In this document: in pieces, positions 11,770-26,082 of the stretch
Numbering within the stretch: the first letter of the stretch is position 1
Layout of the letters: every line of letters starts with the position of its first letter
NCBI RefSeq assembly: GCF_001194135.2
Contig: NC_068988.1
Coordinates: 26,158,045-26,222,044, forward strand
Length of the DNA stretch: 64,000 bases
Reading direction: 5' to 3'
DNA from: Octopus bimaculoides
Lineage: Eukaryota
Translations under genes and position numbers: made by a program
The notes under the pieces: model-generated
Told to the model about the DNA's origin: nothing
The model's input: only the letters and a program-made list of their open reading frames with translations
Database searches by the model: none

Positions 11770-13033
11770 CTACTCTATCTCTTCTTGAGGTTATAAAACG
11801 TTGGCCATATAATATCAAGATAGCACATGCATTTATCATGTTCTATATATTTGTTAGCAAAAAAGTATCACAGAAAAATACGTTAGTAGGCATTTTGAAG
11901 AATTATGTAATCCAAGCGAAATTGTAGGATACTGTAACTGGGTGGCATGCTAGCGAGAAAATTTCTCTTTCTAAATTTCTTTGCTATTTCATACTGAACT
12001 CATATATTATGGATCTCTAAAGATTAACTGAGGTTAATCATCTGTTTAACAAAATTACTAGCCACCATTTGACAGGCTCAATTATCACATACACCACATT
12101 CCCTATCGTGTAATATGATTTGGATTGAATTTTCTTTGATGACAGCCTCGCAAGTGCCTGTTTCAGCGGTAAAGAGCATATGTGCGTCTACGTAATCTTG
12201 ACACGTTGTGGAAAAGCTGTTTTGAAGTCATTCATTTAATTACTGTCCGCTGGCAGAGGGGAAAGTGAGTATTGATTACTTTTCTTAATTCAGAGATGCG
12301 AGAAAGCAATCAAACATGTAAGAGAAAAGATCCGTAATATCAGATGAAATCTTTACATTGGTATCCACACATATTCTTAAATAGAGCCAAACATAAGGCA
12401 TTAGGGCACAATTCTCTAATTAGACAACCGATAATGCAAATAGATTAAACTCCAAATGTGAATGACCTTCCTATTCGGTCCATTTTTAAATCTATAAAAT
12501 GACAATCTATCAACTGTGACACGTCAGTTAAACTGCAGTTAAGCAATAAATTACGTACATTTATGAAGAGTTTTGTCGTAGTAAACTACTAAGTCATTTT
12601 CTGTTTGACCTTAACTATACATGATTGTAATTGCTAGGATGATTACGTAGCCTTATACTATCAACTTTCAGTGAAACGTATCAAGCATCAGCTGATTTAA
12701 ACACGTTTTGAAATTATGTGGGGATTACCATTCATTGTTATACTAGAGAAAATGCGGGATGGGTGGATATTAGCTAGGGAGGAAAACTTGAAATGTGTTT
12801 CTGAATTCAAATTCTACATAACAAAATTTGATCATAATTAGAATTAATATGAATAAATGTATCTGCTCGATCTCTGAGTGTGTGTACACATACATACATG
12901 CATACAAAAATACTCTGTTGTTGATGTTAAAATTCCAATGAATGAGCCTTGGATGTAGGTTAGAAACCGGCTCTTTCTGTATTGGCAAGAAATCTTGAAA
13001 AACAAAAATTATTAATCACATAACACACACATA

Positions 13034-13105
<72 letters not shown>

Positions 13106-16100
13106 ACAAATGAAAGACAGGAGATGGAATATACGAGAATATATTATTAATCACAAGAAGTGTTTCGACACATCTAGTATCGGCTCCTCTTGTGGGGCAC
13201 ACAAATACTGGTTCGATATATTTGTCAGCAAAAAAGTATCACAGAGAAATACGCTAATACATATATGTGCCACATTGTCTGCCGGGTCGGTAGCGACAAA
13301 ACCAGACGCCATACTTAGATAAGAAAACTGATTTTCATAGGCTATCCTGCAGGATGTAAAGAAACACCGTGAGGGGATGGACGGGCTGACAAGGGTCAAT
13401 AGCCATCCAACAGCTAAGAATGACGCGACCTTATTCATTGTTTAGACCTCTCTCGACAAATATCCCCACCTAATTGTATAAATGGAAATCACCCCCACCA
13501 AATTGTGCAGCTGGAAATCTTGTTTTTTATTTCTTTGTTGAGTACATCGCTTCGTGGTTGAGGGTCAACAGCGTTAAGTAAGCTTTTTCTTCACTTTCAA
13601 TTTCAGGAAGGAGAATGGCTGACAGTCATTGATTTTACATCAATATTCAGATAATTTGTGAGCTATGGTCTTACATGTCTACGAGCTGACAGCCATTGTA
13701 TACAATTTGTTGTTTCTCGGAAATATGCTGCTTAATTTACTTATGTCATTGTGTCATTGTTTGAAATGACAAAAATGTATTGCAATGGCTTGTTCTTAGA
13801 ATCGGCTTTTCATTGAAGAACAGGTTCTACAAGAAATTTCATGTGCAACTTATTTTGCATTGCGTTTCTTCAACTGGAAATATGTTTTAGACAAATTAAT
13901 TACTATATGTATATATTATATGTGTGCGTGCGTGAGTGTGTATGCGTCTGTCTGTATGAACGTGTTGATTCAGACATATTTACAGTTGCGCACACATGTG
14001 TTTACATGTGTGTGTACATATGTGTGTGTGCGTGTGTACATGTGTATATGTGCGTGCATGTGTGCTTCTATATATGTATTGCTATATTTATATTCTATCT
14101 ACTTTCTACGTGTTTCTTTCTTTCTTCGATTGTTCTCTCCTACTTTAGTGATTACTAATAAAACTATACGAAAACTGGCCGCTATCAGGCATAAACATTC
14201 CACCATTCGCTTTTAGTTCTTGAATGTTTTGTATAGTTAATGGAATCTCTCCATTTCTTGACCTTGTGATGTAAATCTAAAACAATGTGAGTTGTTTCAG
14301 TACAAAAATAATCTCCCTTAGAAGAAAGTTGAAGTAATTCATTAATAGATGTTTCTAATGTAGTAACATGCGTGTGCCTATATATATATATATATATATA
14401 TNNNNNNNNNNNNNNNNNNNNNNNNNNNNNNNNNNNNNNNNNNNNNNNNNNNNNNNNNNNNNNNNNNNNNNNNNNNNNNNNNNNNNNNNNNNNNNNNNNN
14501 NNNNNNNNNNNNNNNNNNNNNNNNNNNNNNNNNNNNNNNNNNNNNNNNNNNNNNNNNNNNNNNNNNNNNNNNNNNNNNNNNNNNNNNNNNNNNNNNNNNN
14601 NNNNNNNNNNNNNNNNNNNNNNNNNNNNNNNNNNNNNNNNNNNNNNNNNNNNNNNNNNNNNNNNNNNNNNNNNNNNNNNNNNNNNNNNNNNNNNNNNNNN
14701 NNNNNNNNNNNNNNNNNNNNNNNNNNNNNNNNNNTATATATATATATATCTTCTTGTAGTTGCTAAATCACATGGCAGGTTGTATACTCTGAAAGTATAT
14801 GATACATAATTATCAAACGCTGGATCAAACCTGTCGGAAAGCAAACGATCTCTCAAAGGTTTTCTTGATTGGAAGAGTGGGAAGGTATCAGAGAATTTTG
14901 AAGTCTCAGAATGTAAAGGAAACAGATCACATGTAAAGATTCGAAAGTCAGTAGAATTAGAGAGCAAGACAACAAGCTTAACTCCATCTTATCACATCAC
15001 TATAGGAATCTGAACTGAAATTTTGTTGTCAACTCTGCTGCGATCCTCAAACTTACGTTTAATGAAATAATTATTAATACTATATTAAGAGTCTATGCAT
15101 TCTATAGCAAGGCATCGCCTATGATTTTATGAGTATTAATGCTCTTGTCCTGGAGTAATGGAAACTTCGAATAACGATTTAATTTACAACAGTCTAATGA
15201 ACATTTCAATGGTAATCTACCTACATTAAATCTCAATTACAATATGGTTGATGCTAGGGTTGCAGTAAAATTATAAGGTTAACAGTATCTAGAATACGTC
15301 TTTCGTAACATTCTGATGGTAATTGTTTTAAGAGGCTTTCTTCTAAAATAATCAAGACATTCAAGTAGTTGCGACAACGTTACGATGTGTTAGTATAGGA
15401 TCATGATTTTGACAATAAATATTATTTTCTCTAAAAGATAATTATTTTAAATGAGTCTTCAAGTGGGAAGACGAGAGAGGAAGTTAATATTGCATACAGC
15501 TAATTGAATATTCTATCTAGTAACTCTGTTGCTGAATGAAGACGTTTCTGTGTAAGGAAATAAAAAAACAAAAATTAGAACTGCCCAAGTGATTGCTGCC
15601 AGTGAGGAAATATGAGCAGAAAGAAGAAAGGAAAAGACAAAAATAAATTAAATATGGATAAAAAATCTCAGCGAATATGTTTATGACTAGCGAAAAAAAG
15701 AAACACTTTTGGATGACAGATGACATTGAGGGTAACGGGCATTTTAAATAATTATTAACAAAATAAAGTTCTGGTCGGAAATAGAAAATGCATCTGATAT
15801 GGAAAACATTCAGAAGTATGTGGATGAAAATGTCTTGAAATGTTTATTAAAATCACTAACGGAATCCGAGAAATTCACTAAATAGTCTGCAATAGAAATC
15901 TTAACGAGACAAAAGTTGTAAAATCAAGACATGTTGTAAAGTTCGTTTTAAAAAGGAGACTAATAATATGAAGACTATATAATGTAGCACCAATAGCAAG
16001 ATATCTGTGGCTAAGTATTGCATCCGTATCAAACCAAATTAACAAGTTACGTCTCTTATTACTCTCATACATATATTCAAAATTTACTAAGATTTCGTCA

Positions 16101-16638
16101 TTGAAACGAAGATTATAAGTTAACATTAAAACATATTTAAAATCCCACCATCCCACTCATGGATTGAACAAATTAATAGCTATATGTCCATTAACCCTCA
16201 TGTTTTGGTGCTGTGAAAATTAAAAAAAATATTGGTGTATCAGATAAAAAAAAAAAACACCTTTAATGAAAATTTAATCAAACTTTCTGTTATATAAGTA
16301 ATTATGCGTTTCTAAACAAAAGTAATAATAAGAATATATTATTACAAAAATGTAGTTTGATAGTTATGTCTCCCGACAGTCGCGACGTAATTCCTTTGCT
16401 GCAGTGTAAGTTGATTCAGTAGATGTTGTGAAATCCAACAACCCAAGTGTTTTTGAAAATATTCTAGAAATCTCCAAAGTCCTCTGGTACATAAAATTTT
16501 ATTGTTAGTTCAATATAGCTATTACCATTGACAAAGAAAAATTAATTTCAGACCAGCTACAATATTAATCTTAAAAACAACAGGCTATCTTCCTATACTT
16601 GACTGTAGCTGACAACTACAACTATCAGCAAATTATAC

Positions 16639-16820
16639 CTCGGTGTTGTAACTTGTATCTACTGTGTGTATCACTCTGTCACAGGAAACGTAATTGATAT
16701 TGTCTAGACATGGCATATGGTTTCTGATTTGAAAAAGATATCTACATTTCAGTGAACAGTATATTTCTTCACTGCTACTCAATTTTCTGACTGTCACGTT
16801 GCAATTTACGTAATAATTTA
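16639..16820 (-). CDS. Candidate Cys-rich exon: NYYVNCNVTVRKLSSSEEIYCSLKCRYLFQIRNHMPCLDNINYVSCDRVIHTVDTSYNTE
   Basis: ttgttattttatgttag acceptor, 60 open codons, GAG|gtataa donor. No recognised homology. Confidence 0.3.
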
Positions 16821-17115
16821 CTAACATAAAATAACAACTGAAGGTTCTGTGTATTATATTCTTTAATTAAAGTTTTCGCAATATAAGTTGGATACTTTTA
16901 AATTTCACTATAATTAAATTATTTGTCCATATTGTTTATATACATCAATATTTCGTTTCTGAGATGCTTATTATAAACACTGGCATCTCACATAAGTAAA
17001 TTTTTATGTGCTTGTGAGCGCGTGTGTGCATGTATGTGGTTGTGTATTTGTATGCGCGTGTGTGTGCATGCGTATGTGTATGTGTCTTTGTGCGTGCGTG
17101 CGTGCATGTGTGTGT

Positions 17116-17163
<48 letters not shown>

Positions 17164-17959
17164 TTATGTGTGTGTCTGTGTGCGAGCGCTCTTTTCATGG
17201 CTTATTGAATTACAGAAGATAAGAATGATTCTGATTTCATATATTTTGATAAAATGTGGTTGGATCAATAAAACTTATTTAGCTTCAGTCCAGTTCGCAT
17301 TTAACACTCTGTGCACGGGAGAGATGTATCATAACAAAGTATGTATACGTTGGGTATGTAAGTTAAAGATGAAATAATTATGATACCTCTGTGTGATTTG
17401 AAATTACAGGGTTCAGAATTTCAATGACTTCACGTGAGAAAATAAATGAAGATATTATGTTAATAAACGTAAGATTACAGCAAGCATATTTAATAAGAGC
17501 ATTGGTGTCCTATGTAAATTATTCTATCGTTTCACTTTGAAGCAAAATTCAAATGATGATTGTATTTTTTTCAATCATTTTGCAGGCTTTTCTACATAAT
17601 TTTTCGTCCGATGCTGCCTCATAATTTTACGAGAATTATAATGCAATGAAATTCAATTAATTGTTAATTGATGTACTTAGAATCTAGGGATTTAAAATGT
17701 CTATATAGTATGTATTTTTATATAGGTTTATTCTTCTAGATATGTTATATACATTTGCACATTTTACGTTTTCTACAGGTAATTATATCTAATCCCCTAT
17801 TTATATTTCGATCCTGAATTGACTAAAAATTTCATTTAGTTGTATTCTTAACGCTCGTGGATCATCGATAAACTACGTTATACCATCTTTCAGAACAAAT
17901 TGCATTGTGGAAATAAACGGCGTCACATTTCCATTATATATATAAAACATCCTCATAAA

Positions 17960-18330
17960 GTGGTGAGCTGGCTGACCGGTAGCAGCCCAGACAAAATATT
18001 TAGCGGCATTTCGTTCGTATTTACGATTTGAGTTTGATTCCGCTCAGGTGGACCATGTTTTCCATCCTTTCAAAATCGTATCAGCTGAATTGCTGAGTCC
18101 ATGCAATCGACTTAACCTGTCTCCCGAAAATGCTGACCCCGTGCCCAAATTTGAAGCCGTTAGAACACTTCCCAAAATGCTTAGTGGCAAGATATTTAGT
18201 GGTATTTCATCCGTCTTACTTTCTGCGTCCAAATTCCGCCGCTCTCGATTTGTGTTTCATCCTTTCCGAGTCGATAAAATAAGTACCAGTTGAACAATTG
18301 GGTCGATGTAATCCACTTCTCAACATCGGT
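17960..18330 (+). mobile_element. Two tandem family A SINE copies
   Basis: Heads at about 17960 and 18155; tttcatcctttccgagtcgataaaataagtaccag core. Confidence 0.8.
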
Positions 18331-18778
18331 GGCGTCACTCAACATCGGTGGCGTTGTGCCGAAATGAAAAAAAATAAAATAAAAATCCTCGTTTTATTCT
18401 GGAAGAAAGCACCAACTCAATATGTAGAGGTGAAGAGTACTTGTTGCAGTGGTACATATACTACAACCGGACGGTGCAGTGACACATACTTTGTCAGTAT
18501 TACAGAAATATTTTCTCTCAGTCGATGCTTACTAGAGGAAAGACATTAAAATTAGAACCTATTGCTGGAGAGGCTAGCATGATGTTATTTACATTTAGAC
18601 GTCATCAAACAAACAACAAAATTTATCTTTACGTTCCCATATTCCTATTGAAGTCAACTCTTTGAATGTAGAAATTTTTTAACTTCGAATTTAATCATGT
18701 GCATTAAAGAAATCGAGTAACTCGTTCTTTTTATGCACTTCACAGCCAAAAACCTATTCCCTTTACTTTTTTTTTTTA

Positions 18779-19162
18779 CTTGTTTCAGTCATTTGACTGC
18801 GGCCATGCTGGAGCACCGCCTTTAGTCGAGCAAATCAACCCCAGGACTTATTATTTAGAAGCATAGTAGTTATTCTATTGGTCTCTTTTGCCGAACCGCT
18901 AAGTTACGGGGACAGAAACACGCCAGCATCGGTTGTCAAGCGATGTTGGGGGGACAAACACAGACACACAAACACATAGGCACATATATATATATACATA
19001 TATACGACGGGCTTCTTTCAGTTTCCGTCTACCAAATCCACTCACAAGGCTTTGGTCGGCCCGAGGCTATAGTAGAAGACACTTGCCCAAGATGCCACGC
19101 AGTGGGACTGAACCCGGGACCATGTGGTTGGTAAGCAAGCTACTTACCACACAGCCACTCCT
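18779..19162 (-). mobile_element. tRNA-derived SINE, family B (CORE-like centre, internal (AT)n), near full length
   Basis: Minus-strand head aggagtggctgtgtggtaagtagcttgcttacc (A box) ... cgggttcagtccc (B box), then atcttgggcaagtgtcttctactatagcctcgggcc (CORE-like). Confidence 0.9.
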
Positions 19163-21779
19163 CCGCCTTAAACCAGAGTTCAAATTGATCAATTCCTTCA
19201 TGTCGAACGTAAAGACAGACAAACTACTGCTAAGCAGTTGCCCGGCGTGCTAACGTTTCTGCCAAGTCACCACCTACTGTTAAAAAAGATACATCAATGT
19301 GTCATTGTCGTAAAGCAATCAGGCTTTCATATATAATAACTGTACCGGGAGCTAACGTTGGTGTTCTTTGACAAAATTAACAGTAATAAAACGCAAAATA
19401 TGATGTATTGAGATATCGTTCGCTTTCTTTTTTAGTTATTTAATTTTTTTCTATTTGTTTCTTTATTATCTACGTCATTGCCACTTTCAATTGGTGATTT
19501 TCAAGTTGAAAACTTCTACTAGAAAGTTATATATCTCGACACACTAACCTAATTCGTATTTTGCTTTTTTTCATAATTATACCTATTTTATTCCCAATGA
19601 ATATATCATTATTATATATTACATTTTCTAGTAATATTCCTTACAGGAGTCGACAATTCTATTAAACATTTCTCGATTTTTCGGGGCAATTTCGATAAAT
19701 AATACCAATTACTTGACTACCAAATGGTCCTAATAGAAGAATGCACTTAATGTTATAATAATAGTTATAAGCAGAGTTGACTACAAGGCAGATGCAGGTT
19801 ACAAGCTGCTTTTCACACCCACACTATACAAATATATGAATTAGAGAGAATGTACCTCATCTGCAACGTAAAATAATCACAAGAAAATATTTCAGCCCCG
19901 AAAAAGATCAATAGTTGATTTTATATACTTTTACATAATTTGTGTAGACTATGACCGAAAGCATTGTTTTCATCTGTCAGAAGAGGAACATTACCAATAC
20001 GGTATTATTAATATTTTGTTGCACTGGTGTGTATGTGTCTCTTTGTGCGTGTGCGTCTGTGTGTGCGTGTTCTCATGGCTGTGATTGAAAATTAGATTCA
20101 GACGTAGTTTATAAGGCACATCTAATTTGTTTAAATGAAATAGTCTCCGCTGAGATTGCTTTATGACTAATTAAGAACTAATTACAACTTCGGCAAAGTT
20201 TACAGGGAATAAGTCACACGAAGTGGAAGATTCCAAAATATGACAAGCACAACAGTACATAAGGATAGGAATGTGGAACATATTTTTCGAAGCAGAGAAA
20301 TATCTCTCAATACGTAGCGTCAATTGTAGTTTCCAGGCAGGTGATTATGCAGACGTTCGTTCTTTCTCTCGCGAGTAGAAATTATTTAGTTTCAACCGAA
20401 TTCGATGATGAAAAATATGGTATCAAATTTACTAAGCACAACCTGCTGAAGAGACTCAGCCCCCACCCGCCACCACCCAAGAAAAAACCGACTTAGATCA
20501 TTCATGATAGGCACGTAACATTGTACTATGAGGCATATGCGTCTTCTCTGAATAATGATATGTCATATGTTAGGCTCATAACATCTCCGGTCAGCATAAG
20601 AAGAAAATTACCACAGCGGACTGCTACGAGAAACAGCATTGACAATTGTGTAACCTAGTAGGTGCTCACAAGGAACGTGACCAAGGAAGGTTTAACAAAG
20701 GGAAGAAACAGAGAGCGCAGATGCCAACCTAGGGATTTGTATAATTTTTTCTCTGAGATTATGGGAGCAGTCACCCACGTGCGTCGCAGTCTTTCATTTA
20801 CACCATATTTATCGATTTATTTAATGTCTAGATGGATGTCTATGGAGCTATGGATCAGCAATAAACAAGTATGTGCATACATATGGTAAGATGCACAGCC
20901 ATGCTGGTATGCGCAGCAACGCATTTGTTTGGCCGTAAGTGTGGATTGATAAATGATCCTATATACGTAGTTAATATTATAATTTTGAGGTGGATGGCAT
21001 TGGTGATGTGGCTGTGGCAATGTATCCATATATTTCGTTAGGTGATGTTTTTCACTCACTTATTAGTTTAGCTAGCATGAAGGTGAAATCGGCAAAGCTG
21101 ATAGATAAGACATTACCGAAACAACACCACGTAACTCTCACCCATTATTCCAGTCCGGCTCAGAAATGCGTTGAGAGCAAGCACATCAAATATGTATGCA
21201 AAGGCGCGTGTTGGAATTGTTGGTTTTGCTGATAGGTATGAGACCCATAGTTACTAATCTGAGGTCATTAAAAAGGTGATTATTTTCAAGGGTACACCCA
21301 GAATATATGCAGCTATGTCACCTAGATGTAAGTAAAACAGAGTTGAAGAAGAATTTTACCTACACTAACAATTTCTCTAATGACAATTTTGTATAACAAA
21401 TTCCTTTTTATGTACAGGAGTCCGTTGAAAAGACTAATTTTAAGGTCTTCAACGCTATATTTGAAACTTTTTGTCTCTCTCACTCTTCTCAAACACACTC
21501 TCTCCTCTCTCTCGCTCTCTCTCCTCTCTCTCCCTCTCTCTCCTCTCTCTCACTCTCTCTTCTCTCTCTTCTCTCCCTCTGAGTATATACCTCTGCCTCA
21601 GATGAAATCTGAGAGGCGGTAAATTCCATTGTAGCATGTGTGAGCGTACTTTCGTGGAATTTCCGCGAATAACACACGGAAATCTTCCCATCCATTTCTG
21701 GGAGACTTTTCTTTCGATTTAAAAAAAAAATCAGTTCTTTTACAAACTGATTATATAATAACTTCAAATTCAGGTGCAA

Positions 21780-21970
21780 TGTCAGCAATTTCAGGAGAGC
21801 AGGGTCAAATCGAATATAGAAACTTGTGCGCAACTGGTACATATTTTATCGATCCCGAAAGGAAGAAAAGCACAGTCGACCTCGGAAGAATATGAACTCA
21901 GAACGCAAAGATGGATGAAATTCGGCACAACGTCTCGCGTGACATGCTAGCGATTGTACTTCTGACCGCC
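21780..21970 (-). mobile_element. Family A SINE
   Basis: caactggtacatattttatcgatcccgaaaggaagaaaagcacagtcgacctcgg. Confidence 0.8.
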
Positions 21971-21974
21971 TTAC

Positions 21975-22153
21975 ACTTATTATACAACAACACTCTGTAT
22001 CATCCCAAATAATGTTACAAAATTGGTGGTTGTTAAAATATGAGTTATTGCTAGTATCATTACAGAGGGCATTGCCATTCCTCATAAACTCTTGAAGCAT
22101 GAAAGTGCCGTCAGCAGGGCTTGTTCGAGATGCGCGCAGGGCAACAAACATCA
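21975..22153 (-). CDS. Weak candidate Cys/Asn-rich exon: MFVALRASRTSPADGTFMLQEFMRNGNALCNDTSNNSYFNNHQFCNIIWDDTECCCIIS
   Basis: 59 open codons and a gtaagg donor. The acceptor lacks a pyrimidine tract and the donor abuts a SINE head. Confidence 0.15.
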
Positions 22154-23218
22154 CTAATTAGTAATATCAATATTTCGCTTAATTTGTTTTGCAATAATCT
22201 GTGAATGGATGCTTAATCTAGAAATCATTATAAGCAGAAATACAAGCTTAATATTATTAAGCTTGTTCAAACATAAATGTAGAAAGTTGCCTTCTTTCTC
22301 TCTCTCCCTCTCTCTCTCTCCAAAATTGTATCGAAGCCCTCTTAGATGTTTGAATGGATAAACCCTCTAATGACATACTAATCACGAAACATTATTAGAG
22401 GCAATTTATAAAAAAAAGGGTTAAGTGTGTCACATATTTATTCAGAATGTAACATTTTGAACTTATAATTATAGTTATTATTCATAGCAGCAATTATAGT
22501 CTGCAATAATGATTGCATATTGCTAATAGAAAATATAAGATGCCTGACTCTTATAGGTATTACAATAATCTAAGAATGAGATTTCATTTTCGGAATATAA
22601 TATAATTATTATCATTATATTAATTAGACGTCTTAAATCTGGAGAAGCAAGCTACGTTATACAGAACTGTAATGATTATCTTTCTTACTACAATTACTGG
22701 ATACAGAAATTGTCGTGTGTATAATTAAATAATTTGATTCAATAGCTGATTTTCTGTCGGTGAGTCTTACATCTATTAGACATGAACGAGAAATGAAGTT
22801 TCAAATAGTAATTAGTATTAGAAAATTCGTCTTTAAACCCATTTGTAAATAGAGTCTATTTACCGAACTATTGAAAATTTATTCCTTTCAAATTTCGCAC
22901 GTGATGTAAGTGACCAAATTATACATATCTTACTACAGCCTCCAGAAACCTCCTAGCAAAGCAGCCGACATCGTAAAAGCAATGTTTAATGAAGTAAAGA
23001 TACGTCACTACGATTTCAAATGTTGATAAGCGGAGATTATTAGTTGGGAAGATATTGCACTTTTCAATTTAACAACCGAAATGCACATTAAGCATATAAT
23101 TATAGTGAATTGCTTGAGTGATGTTCCCGCAGAGATATAAAACATTTAAAATCATTAACAAATACGCATATATATATATATGAATGTATGTATGTATGTA
23201 TGTTTGTATATATCTATA

Positions 23219-23251
<33 letters not shown>

Positions 23252-24475
23252 CTATATATATATGTATGCATGTATGTATGGTGGTATATATCCATATATA
23301 CATGTATATCGATACAAATACATATACACGCATGCATATATGTATGAATATATGTATGTACGTGTGCATATGTGATAGAAGCGTACACTTATATTAAATA
23401 TTTTGACTGATAATATAAACGCCTTAATCTATAATTTGAATAACATGATTTTGTAGAAGCATTTTAGTGCTGTGATAACATGTATATTTAATTATGTGAC
23501 TATTAAGATCTCATGCATGGGATATTGAATCATAAATTTACAAATATATATTCGTGGTATACACGAATATACATTTGGGGTGGAGGGTATAATTTCTGTA
23601 CTTGTGCATCTTTTTGTGTTGTTAAATATACAAATATATTGGGTTGTCCGGAAGTCTCGTGCCGATGTATAGTAGCTTACCTTTCGACTTATTTGCCGTG
23701 AAACCACCTCAATTCTGGGAAAACAACGACGACGATGAAGATGATGATGAAGGCGATTTTATATGTTCGATTGATTTGGTGACAACCTTGTGGTTATCTA
23801 AGCCATTGTAGAAGATTAGTTTTTGCTTACGATTGTTTGTTCATTAGGTTATCCAATTTACTATAATGTAGGTGGAGAAAATAATATTCATATTTTATCT
23901 TTTATCTCTAAGTTGTTTCATTTACTGGACAGCGGTGATGTTCGATGAACTACAGTGAATTGTTTAGTTGGACAGATCGATCAAATATGTAAAAAAAAAA
24001 AATCTATTTTTAAGAAAAGTACTTCTTCCCATGACGAAATACCGCACCCCTAAAGCATTTAAACAATTCATAGATTAAGTATGTCACATCAATAGAAGCT
24101 GCTTCAAACACAAAATACAATTTGTTTTACTTCTGCCGTGATGTTGTACAACAGCAGATAGGTTTTACGCTACTGGCATATACTTCGTTACCAACGATTT
24201 GAATTCGTTTCGGGGATGAGTCGAGTATACGAAATCAGAAGCTTAATCAACTGTGAAATATTGATATTTGTCGCACTTGATCACCTAGAGGGCGATTCGT
24301 GTCGCCTGGCAGTGATGTATACAGTGCATTTTAAGAATCTAAGTCATGAAGGTACGTTCAATCGACGAAATACTGCAGCTTAAAACAGTTTAAACAAAAC
24401 ACATACATTAGGTTTGTAACGTCAGTTAAACACAAGCACGCACACACACATACACATGTATATGTATATATATTT

Positions 24476-24516
<41 letters not shown>

Positions 24517-24797
24517 NNNNNNNNNNNNNNNNNNNNNNNNNNNNNNNNNNNNNNNNNNNNNNNNNNNNNNNNNNNNNNNNNNNNNNNNNNNNNNNNNNNN
24601 NNNNNNNNNNNNNNNNNNNNNNNNNNNNNNNNNNNNNNNNNNNNNNNNNNNNNNNNNNNNNNNNNNNNNNNNNNNNNNNNNNNNNNNNNNNNNNNNNNNN
24701 NNNNNNNNNNNNNNNNNNNNNNNNNNNNNNNNNNNNNNNNNNNNNNNNNNNNNNNNNNNNNNNNNNNNNNNNNNNNNNNNNNNNNNNNNNNNNNNNN

Positions 24798-24844
<47 letters not shown>

Positions 24845-25321
24845 ATACATACATACATATATATAAATTGACAGAATGAGATTTTAAAAAATAAGGCAGT
24901 ATATAAATGCAGCTGTTTCTGGGATATTTTATATTATATCCCTTCATCAGAGACGGTGCGAGAAAATGATTGAATATTAATTATTGCCTTGCTTTTTTCA
25001 ATTATCACATTCTGTCAATTTATATATATATATATGCATGGTAATGCATGACCCACTTGGACTCCTCACTTGTATCATTACTTACCGTTTACCTGATAGC
25101 TTTTGGGTCTTCCTGACACCAATACCTTTCATACCCTTGAGTATATGTGCATGTATGTGCGTGTGTGTGTGTGTATTTGTGTGTGTGTGTGTGTATGTAT
25201 GTGTGTGTATGTGTGTGTGTGTGTGTGTGTATCTCTGTATCGCATTTTCTAGCCTGGGGAATACTTCAGCAGTATATACTTTCATTAAATATTGTAAATA
25301 CATCATTGTATGTGTGTATAA

Positions 25322-25391
<70 letters not shown>

Positions 25392-25838
25392 CTATATACG
25401 TTCATATAATCTCTATACCATGTATTGAAAAATGCCTACTTCAACTGCTGATTCGATATAAGTGTAAATTGGAAATACAATTTTCGAATTCCGATTTTTA
25501 ACAAAACACTAACAAGAAGAATGGAATATGTTTTCATCGATGCCCTACAGTAAATTTGTTACCAGGCTCAAGATAATTGGCAATTACTAGCTAAAATACA
25601 ACACATTAATTAAATAAGAGGTCATTTAATGAGTTTAGAAAGATAATAAATTACTAACATGCAAAATTTATTCGAATACGTTAAGTAGAAGACTCTTAAA
25701 CGTTGTTGTGGTTGACCTCTTGCTTATGGAATACGTCATTTAGAATGACGTGCCGAACATTACACACTTAATTTACGAGAGAGAGGTATCATGTGATTAA
25801 TTTCTTATTCTCACTTTCATTCCTGTTACTTCAAACAG

Positions 25839-26082
25839 GAATTCAACGCCAAAGGCAGAGATCTTGGCGTCCCAATATTTGATTTCTTTGACCTTTGCAT
25901 TAGAAACCATGCACCTTTTAATGGAAATCTATAATTTACCGGATATAGAATATAATATTCATGATACGTGCCAAGATGTGACTACACATATTGCTTATGA
26001 CTATGCATATATGATAGAATGCAAAAATATAAGAAATTATAGAAGTAACATGAGAAATTTGCACAGCCAAATTTTATCATGA
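25839..26082 (+). CDS. Candidate exon after a strong acceptor. Either phase 0 EFNAKGRDLGVPIFDFFDLCIRNHAPFNGNL* (stop 25932-25934) or phase 2, open for 80 codons to 26082.
   Basis: tttcttattctcactttcattcctgttacttcaaacag acceptor; two frames open. Confidence 0.4.

Noticed and set aside
13607-13660. Strong acceptor followed by EGEWLTVIDFTSIFR*
   Set aside because: All three frames stop within 16 codons and there is no supporting context.
17761-17784. Pyrimidine tract plus AG|GTAAT resembling a recursive splice site
   Set aside because: Expected by chance in AT-rich DNA, and no host transcript is established.
18779-19162. tRNA gene
   Set aside because: The A/B boxes belong to a SINE head followed by SINE body; there is no complete cloverleaf.
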